From Bacteroidia bacterium (GTDB taxonomy: Bacteria; Bacteroidota; Bacteroidia; UBA8524): 64,000 nucleotides of DNA. The DNA lies in contig JBBKVO010000018.1 in assembly GCA_037968475.1 (NCBI GenBank), forward strand, positions 108,603 to 172,602. Reading direction: 5' to 3'. The notes beneath the pieces are model-generated. The model had not been told where the DNA came from and searched no databases. It saw nothing but the letters and a program-made list of their open reading frames with translations. The translations under genes were made by a program, and so were the position numbers. Of the stretch, positions 57,989 to 64,000 are shown one piece after another; the stretch's first letter is position 1, and every line of letters starts with the position of its first letter.

Positions 57989-59062
57989 TCAGACCCTCTC
58001 TATCCAACCAAAAATATCTTCTTCCCTACCGGTTTTTATACCTGTAAGTATTTTGCTTAGCTTATTAGCATATTCCCAGTTTTCATGTCCGTTTATTGCA
58101 TAGTCTATCCCCTCATATCCTATGGTTACAATGGGTACTAACGTAGCCGCAGTTCCTGCTGCAAATACCTCAGTTACTGTACCATTATTTATCCCTTCTA
58201 CTACCTCGTTTATGCTCACTTTGCGTTCTTCCACCTCAATACCCCAATGCTTCAAAAGTTGTATTATACTATCACGAGTTATACCTGCCAATATAGTACC
58301 ATCTAGCTCAGGAGTAACAACTTTATCTCCAATACGAACAAAAACATTAGTAGTTCCCGTTTCTTCAATATACTTATGTTCATGTGCATTAGTCCAAAGT
58401 ACTTGTGTATACCCTTCTGATTGTGCTTGGCGGGTAGCATACATTTGTGAGCCATAATTGCCTGCACATTTAGCAAAACCAACACCTCCTTCAACTGCAC
58501 GTACAAAATTGGTTTCTACTTTCACCTTAAGTGGTTGCAAATAATATGCATTTACAGGGCAAGTAAAAATACTGAAACGGTAAGTATCGCTTGGGCGCAC
58601 ACCTATAAAAGCATCGGTAGCAAACATAAATGGTCGTATATACAACCCGCTACCCTGTTTTGTTGGTATCCATCCCTTATCCAAACGTACCAATTGCTTT
58701 AGGCTTTCTATAAAGTATTCCTCAGGCAACTGTTGCATACACATACGTTCGGCAGAAACATTAAGTCGCTTTAAATTATCTTTAGGACGAAACAAAAGAG
58801 GCGTTCCATCAGGAGCCATCTGAGCCTTCATTCCTTCAAAAATGGCTTGCCCATAATGTATGGCCGATATGGCCAAACTCATAGGTAATTCACCATATTG
58901 CATAATTTTGGCATTCTGCCATTCACCATTAATAAAATCAATTATCAACTGGTGGTCAGAAAAAACCCGTCCAAACTGAATATTGTCAAAATCCATTTCA
59001 GCCAATCGGCTTTTTACCGTTGGCTCAATTTCCACGTTAAACTTCGATGCATTCACACTCAT
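57989..59062 (-). CDS. ilvE: Branched-chain amino acid aminotransferase (fold-type IV)
   Basis: 357 aa, collinear with class IV BCAT (GTILAGITRDSIIQL...). Confidence 0.9.
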   Translation of the reverse strand: MSVNASKFNVEIEPTVKSRLAEMDFDNIQFGRVFSDHQLIIDFINGEWQNAKIMQYGELPMSLAISAIHYGQAIFEGMKAQMAPDGTPLLFRPKDNLKRLNVSAERMCMQQLPEEYFIESLKQLVRLDKGWIPTKQGSGLYIRPFMFATDAFIGVRPSDTYRFSIFTCPVNAYYLQPLKVKVETNFVRAVEGGVGFAKCAGNYGSQMYATRQAQSEGYTQVLWTNAHEHKYIEETGTTNVFVRIGDKVVTPELDGTILAGITRDSIIQLLKHWGIEVEERKVSINEVVEGINNGTVTEVFAAGTAATLVPIVTIGYEGIDYAINGHENWEYANKLSKILTGIKTGREEDIFGWIERV

Positions 59063-59201
59063 ATCTCAAAATTATTGCACCCCAGGGGTCAGGAAAGAAC
59101 GATAATTTACCCAATAAGGAAAACCTGTGTATAACCTTAGGCAAGGGTAAGTAACTTTGCGTGCAATTTTACATATTTTCACTTGAATACAAACCTAAAC
59201 T

Positions 59202-59675
59202 ATGTTAAAAATTGAAGGGAACGCCCTAAAATATTTATTCAACGGTCAAACTTTATATATACCTAAAGCTAGTACTACGCAAGCTCCGCTTGTATTTGAC
59301 TATGATGGGGGTAACAATAAATATATTTTAATGCTGTTTAGCCATAGTGGAAAAAGCGGTGTTCCACAGCCTCAAAAACAGTTTTTAGAGAAGATATTGG
59401 GGGCTACCAAGCTAAGTTTTGACGATGTAGCTATGGCAAACCTGCAAACTATTGGCAATGCTTCTTTCGATGATTTGAAAGGCTTTTTTGCACCATCATC
59501 ATTATTTTTATGGGGTATAAGCCCAAATCAATTGGGTATAAAAGCTGATTTGTACCAACCCATAATACATAACAAAGTAAAAGTAATTTGTGTTGATGCT
59601 ATTGATGCTGTAGAGAACGACAAAGCACTGAAAGCTAAACTTTGGGGTATTTTACAAACACATTTTCTTAAATAA
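59202..59675 (+). CDS. Hypothetical protein
   Basis: No recognisable domain. Its stop overlaps the rdgB start. Confidence 0.4.
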   Translation: MLKIEGNALKYLFNGQTLYIPKASTTQAPLVFDYDGGNNKYILMLFSHSGKSGVPQPQKQFLEKILGATKLSFDDVAMANLQTIGNASFDDLKGFFAPSSLFLWGISPNQLGIKADLYQPIIHNKVKVICVDAIDAVENDKALKAKLWGILQTHFLK

Positions 59676-60250
59676 TGGAATTAGTATTTGCCACACAAAA
59701 CCCCAACAAAGCCAAAGAAATTGAAGCTAAACTAGGCACTGGCTTTAGCATAATAGGTTTAGATGCTTTGGGAATAACCGAGGAAATACCCGAAACCGCA
59801 CCAAACCTTGAAGGTAATGCCCTGCAAAAAGCCCGCTACGTATACCAAAAAACGCAACGCAATTGCTTTGCCGATGATACAGGGCTAGAGGTAGAAGCAC
59901 TAAATGGCAAACCGGGTGTACTTAGTGCGCGATATGCAGGCTTGCAAAAAAATGCTGAGGATAATATGGCCTTGCTGCTTGCTAATCTTAAAGGCAAGCC
60001 CAACCGCAAGGCACAGTTTAGAACTGTAATAGCATTGATTGTTGATGGCAAAGAACTTTTGTTTGAAGGTATAGCCACAGGAACTATTATTACAGAAAAA
60101 CACGGCACCGAAGGTTTTGGCTACGACCCGATTTTTGTACCTGATGGACATACCCGCACCTTTGCACAAATGGGCTTGGACGAGAAAAACCAATTGAGCC
60201 ACCGCGCCAAAGCCTTTGACAAAATGAAGGAGTTTTTGAAAACCAAATAA
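59675..60250 (+). CDS. rdgB: dITP/XTP pyrophosphatase (Ham1/RdgB)
   Basis: MELVFATQNPNKAKEI N-terminus and a ...FGYDPIF motif. Confidence 0.9.
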   Translation: MELVFATQNPNKAKEIEAKLGTGFSIIGLDALGITEEIPETAPNLEGNALQKARYVYQKTQRNCFADDTGLEVEALNGKPGVLSARYAGLQKNAEDNMALLLANLKGKPNRKAQFRTVIALIVDGKELLFEGIATGTIITEKHGTEGFGYDPIFVPDGHTRTFAQMGLDEKNQLSHRAKAFDKMKEFLKTK

Positions 60251-60257
60251 ACACGAG

Positions 60258-61346
60258 TTGGGATTAGAGCAAAAATATTATGCTATAATAGGCGTGCCAC
60301 CATCGGCTACACTTGCTGATGTGAAAAAGGCATACCGCTATAAGGCTAAAAAACTTCACCCCGATCTTAATCCCTCACCAAATGCTGAGGCTGAATTTAT
60401 TGATCTGCAAGAAGCCTACGAGTATTTGTGTGCAGTGAAGCAGGGTAAAAAAAGTTTTACTACCGACCCACAAATTGATGAGTTTGAAAAATGGTGGAGG
60501 GCTGCCGCACAAGAGGCGCAACGCAAAGAAAAACAAAAACGTAATGCACAAATAAGGTATGAAGAGTACATTAACTCTGAAGAGTATAAACTTTCAGCAG
60601 CTATTAACGATGTAGGCAATCTGCTTAGGTTACTCTTTGCCATTGCTGTATTTATAGTCATCCCTCCCCTTGCATTTATATACAACGGTTGGTTAGGTCT
60701 TTTTACCAGTCTGTTTATAATGGCTGCCACTATACCTGTAACTTGGCCAATTATTACCGAACTTAAAAGTTTAAAGAAAAATTTAAGTGCGTTAAAAAAC
60801 TCTTTTGCCACCATCCGAAATCACGATTGGTTTTATAGTATTTCCAATACTCCAAAAGTTCTGTTTATTATTTTCCTTCCTGTAAACTTGCTTATACTTT
60901 TCAAAGTAGCATTCAATACACTAATTCCTTTAAGCAAATTATTTATAATATACTTAGCAGCAATACTATTAGGGGTTATTGTAACTTATTCAGTAAAAAA
61001 AATAAACAAAAAGTACCTCACTTTTTTATCGCTCTGCCTTGCCCCTTTTGTAATAAACATCTTCTTTCTTATCAATTTTGCAATCAGTTTTAATCCAAAA
61101 ACAGAAAGCTACTCATATTTTCATACTACACATCTTTCGCGATCGGGGAGCAGCTATGAATCCAGTAGTTTTATTTATTTAGAAAACAAAGCATACGAAG
61201 AGTATTATGGGCTACGATCATTTTCTGATTACACTGCACTAGAAGAGAATAACCGCATCACCTTCACTTTTAAAGAGGGTTTGTTTGGGTTGAGGGTAAT
61301 GACAGACTACACACTTGAAAATAGTATTATTGAATACGATTATTAA
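60258..61346 (+). CDS. J-domain (DnaJ-like) membrane protein
   Basis: N-terminal J-domain with HPD (YYAIIGV...AYRYKAKKLHPDLNP). Central TM helices. Confidence 0.6.
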   Translation: MGLEQKYYAIIGVPPSATLADVKKAYRYKAKKLHPDLNPSPNAEAEFIDLQEAYEYLCAVKQGKKSFTTDPQIDEFEKWWRAAAQEAQRKEKQKRNAQIRYEEYINSEEYKLSAAINDVGNLLRLLFAIAVFIVIPPLAFIYNGWLGLFTSLFIMAATIPVTWPIITELKSLKKNLSALKNSFATIRNHDWFYSISNTPKVLFIIFLPVNLLILFKVAFNTLIPLSKLFIIYLAAILLGVIVTYSVKKINKKYLTFLSLCLAPFVINIFFLINFAISFNPKTESYSYFHTTHLSRSGSSYESSSFIYLENKAYEEYYGLRSFSDYTALEENNRITFTFKEGLFGLRVMTDYTLENSIIEYDY

Positions 61347-61349
61347 AAC

Positions 61350-62369
61350 ATGAATCCAATATTAGTAGAAGTATACAGAGAAGGCGTATTAGAAAGTTTC
61401 CATCGCGGGGTGATTTGTGTGGTAGATAAAGACGGTAAAATACTTTATAGCGAGGGCGATGTGCAACAAATATGTTATCCGCGCTCAGCACTAAAACTAA
61501 TACAAGTTTTGCCTTTGCTTGAGCATGGCGGAATGGAACATTTTGGTTTTACCCTGCAAGAAATTGCCATAATGTGCGGCAGCCACAATGGTGAAGAAGA
61601 ACACCAACAGGTAGTAAACTCAATTCTACAAAAAATAGGATTGGATAAAGAACACTTGTTTTGCGGTGTACAATACCCTAGCGATAGAAAAACAGCAAAT
61701 ACCCTAATTAAAACCGACCAAAAACCCCACCACATCCACAACAATTGCAGCGGCAAACACGCAGGCTTTTTAGCCTACGCAGTACTTAGGGGTTGGGATA
61801 CTAAAGATTATATCAATCCGCAGCATCCTATGCAGCAAGAAATATTGCAAACCACTGCCGAGATGTACGAGTACCCCAAAGAAAAAATGACCATTGCCTA
61901 CGATGGTTGTTCCGCCCCAATATTTTCAGTCCCCGTATACAACCAAGCTGTTGGATATAAAAATTTGGTGCACCCTGTGCAGTTTAGCCCACAAAGGCAA
62001 AAAGCCTGTGCCACAATAGTTGAAGCCATCAGCCAATACCCATATATGGTAGCAGGGCGTGGCCGTTATTGCACTGATTTGATGCAAATAACAGCTCCCC
62101 GTATAATAGGAAAAACGGGTGCAGAAGGCATTTTTAGCCTAGGTTTGACAGAGGAAAAAATGGGTGTAACTATAAAAATTGACGACGGCAAAATGCTGCC
62201 CCAATACAATGTAGCCCAACGTTTTGTACAAGCTACAGGCATTTTTACTACCGAACAACTTGCCCCGTTAAAACATTACGAACGCGAAGAACTTAGCAAT
62301 TTTAACAAATTTGTAACGGGCGAAATAAAAACACGTGAAGGTTTGTTTGATAGCTTGGTTATAAAATAG
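61350..62369 (+). CDS. Asparaginase-II-family protein
   Basis: The pattern matches L-asparaginase II (PF06089-like): YPRSALKLIQ, CSGKHAGFLAYA. Confidence 0.65.
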   Translation: MNPILVEVYREGVLESFHRGVICVVDKDGKILYSEGDVQQICYPRSALKLIQVLPLLEHGGMEHFGFTLQEIAIMCGSHNGEEEHQQVVNSILQKIGLDKEHLFCGVQYPSDRKTANTLIKTDQKPHHIHNNCSGKHAGFLAYAVLRGWDTKDYINPQHPMQQEILQTTAEMYEYPKEKMTIAYDGCSAPIFSVPVYNQAVGYKNLVHPVQFSPQRQKACATIVEAISQYPYMVAGRGRYCTDLMQITAPRIIGKTGAEGIFSLGLTEEKMGVTIKIDDGKMLPQYNVAQRFVQATGIFTTEQLAPLKHYEREELSNFNKFVTGEIKTREGLFDSLVIK

Positions 62370-63268
62370 TGAATATTTTAAAAACCATATCTATTAGCGG
62401 GTTAAAACAACCTTTGCCCCTACCCCAATACCTACTGCACCATGTAAAAGGCTATAACAAGCAAAAGGTGCAAATGCTAATGCACAAAAAATGGGTAACT
62501 GTAAATAACATACCCAGTGGCGAAGATGCAGTGGTTAAAAACGGAGATGTACTACAAATAACCTCGCCCTATACTACCCATCAAAAAGTATTTGCAGAGG
62601 ATATCCCCCTTGAGATTTTAGAAGAAAACGAAGATTGGCTTGTGGTAAACAAACCACCAAAAATGGCCTGTCATGGTGGTTTGGGCAATTACCACGGCAC
62701 GCTGCTAAATGCCCTTGCCTATCATTATCAAAATACCAACCAAACGCCTGAATTAAATAATGGTTTGGTACACCGATTGGACAAGGAAACATCAGGACTA
62801 ATGGTAGTGGCAAAAACCAAAAAAGGGCTCGATTTTCTATCACCACAGTTTCAAAACAAAACAGCAAAACGCAAGTATATAGCTAAAGTACACGGCATAA
62901 TATCACCACAAAAAGGGACTATAAATGTGCCCATAGGTCGCCACCCACACGAAGAACTTACTATAATGGCCAACCCACCTCAAAATACGGGTAAAGAAGC
63001 CATAACTCACTATAAAGTTTTAGAGCAAAACAAAAATCATTCTATTGTAGAGTGCGAATTGGAAACAGGTCGCACCAACCAAATACGCATCCACTTGCAA
63101 TACATAGGTCATAGCATAGTAGGTGATAAACGTTATCCGCCTATAAATGGGGTTGATGAAAGTGCTGAAAGAATGATGCTACACGCCCATCAATTGATAT
63201 TTAACAGCTTTTCGGGAGAAATAAAAACCTACAAATGCCCCGCCCCTTTTATCGAAAACCTATCCTAA
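62369..63268 (+). CDS. RluA-family pseudouridine synthase
   Basis: Catalytic-Asp motif LVHRLDKETSGLMVVAKT. Confidence 0.85.
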   Translation: MNILKTISISGLKQPLPLPQYLLHHVKGYNKQKVQMLMHKKWVTVNNIPSGEDAVVKNGDVLQITSPYTTHQKVFAEDIPLEILEENEDWLVVNKPPKMACHGGLGNYHGTLLNALAYHYQNTNQTPELNNGLVHRLDKETSGLMVVAKTKKGLDFLSPQFQNKTAKRKYIAKVHGIISPQKGTINVPIGRHPHEELTIMANPPQNTGKEAITHYKVLEQNKNHSIVECELETGRTNQIRIHLQYIGHSIVGDKRYPPINGVDESAERMMLHAHQLIFNSFSGEIKTYKCPAPFIENLS

Positions 63269-63315
63269 GTGATTGATAATAATCAAACTGGCATTATTTT
63301 AGCTAAAAATTTCTT

Positions 63316-64000
63316 ATGCGTATAATCATCATTTGTATAATTGGTTTGTTATCACTGGCTTCTTGTAGCAAAAAATACATACAGGTAGCCACTGTAAAAT
63401 CTAATATTTTACAAAATGACACCCTGCTACGGTTTGAAAATGACACATTTGAGATTGTATACAATCTTTTTAGCGAAAACGGCCTATTAGCCTTTACCAT
63501 CTACAACAAATCAAATGTACCCCTGTATATAGATTGGAAACGAAGTGCCTACATTAAAGGCACAGAAAAATTTGCCTATTGGGAAGATAAATCAAATATT
63601 TATACTGTAACCGAAGGCAGCTCAGTACGTTGGTTGCGCGATTATAGTTCAAATAGAAATTATAGTACTAGCGTGCTAACAAAACCTGAGCAGATTACCT
63701 TTATTCCTCCAAAAACAGCCGTCAGCATGGCTAGATATAGCCTAAGTAGTTCGGTTTGGAGAGACGGTTTAAGTGAAGATACAATTGCTTCATCTTTAAA
63801 AAAGGGCAATACCAAAATTTGGAGAAAATCGTTCGATGCAAGTACATCACCTTTTGCATTTCGTAATTTCCTTACCTTATCACAAAAACATGATTTTTCT
63901 ACCGAATTTTATATCGACCATAGTTTTTGGATAAGTGATATTATGAAAATACAAGATAAAGAATTTGGCGGGTCGTTAATTATAATAAATACCAATGAAT
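63316..64000 (+). CDS. Hypothetical lipoprotein, N-terminal part (runs off the window end)
   Basis: The reading frame is open from ATG 63316 (MRIIICIIGLLSLASCSKK...) to the window end. It is not in the ORF track because it is truncated. Confidence 0.4.
   Translation, partial: MRIIIICIIGLLSLASCSKKYIQVATVKSNILQNDTLLRFENDTFEIVYNLFSENGLLAFTIYNKSNVPLYIDWKRSAYIKGTEKFAYWEDKSNIYTVTEGSSVRWLRDYSSNRNYSTSVLTKPEQITFIPPKTAVSMARYSLSSSVWRDGLSEDTIASSLKKGNTKIWRKSFDASTSPFAFRNFLTLSQKHDFSTEFYIDHSFWISDIMKIQDKEFGGSLIIINTNE

Noticed and set aside
63303-63500. 65-aa minus-strand ORF
   Set aside because: It overlaps the more plausible plus-strand lipoprotein ORF starting at 63316 and has no features.

Overview
The window is a chromosomal segment from a Bacteroidota genome, recognisable by T9SS type-A and type-B C-terminal sorting domains, CarboxypepD_reg/TonB-dependent receptors and a gliding-type PKD adhesin. 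Most of it is housekeeping: aroB, an aldo/keto reductase, mtgA, rfbA, rmuC, a capA-like gene, frr, gpmA, pckA, a sulfatase, mscS, a fused E1 alpha/beta 2-oxoacid dehydrogenase, an M48 peptidase, trpF, menA/menC, chrA, ilvE, rdgB and rluA-like genes. No rRNA, tRNA, CRISPR array, integrase or transposase was recognised.

Accessory highlights:
1. A ~1.35 kb AT-rich cassette (about 8105-9452) sits immediately downstream of rmuC. It encodes a TIR-domain protein plus an overlapping small 3-TM protein. It is flanked by ~100 bp imperfect direct repeats that include a displaced, diverged copy of the last 11 codons of rmuC. This is the best candidate for a novel minimal TIR-plus-membrane-effector defence module.
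2. A DltB/DltC/DltD-like operon (ACP, two SGNH proteins, MBOAT) has no DltA ligase; one SGNH protein carries two C-terminal LysM domains.
3. A tandem array of four paralogous T9SS-cargo genes has duplicated gene-junction modules. Each module has a near-identical terminator hairpin and 3-4 copies of TTTCACAAA(G) phased at exactly 21 bp.
4. Two very long near-perfect palindromes lie between pckA and the sulfatase gene.
5. A ~34-nt dispersed repeat occurs at two intergenic loci.
6. Smaller curiosities: a cytochrome-c/PHM-like copper monooxygenase fusion, an alkyltransferase-like (Cys to Ala) MGMT homologue, and a GT51 transglycosylase domain in an unusual architecture co-transcribed with frr.
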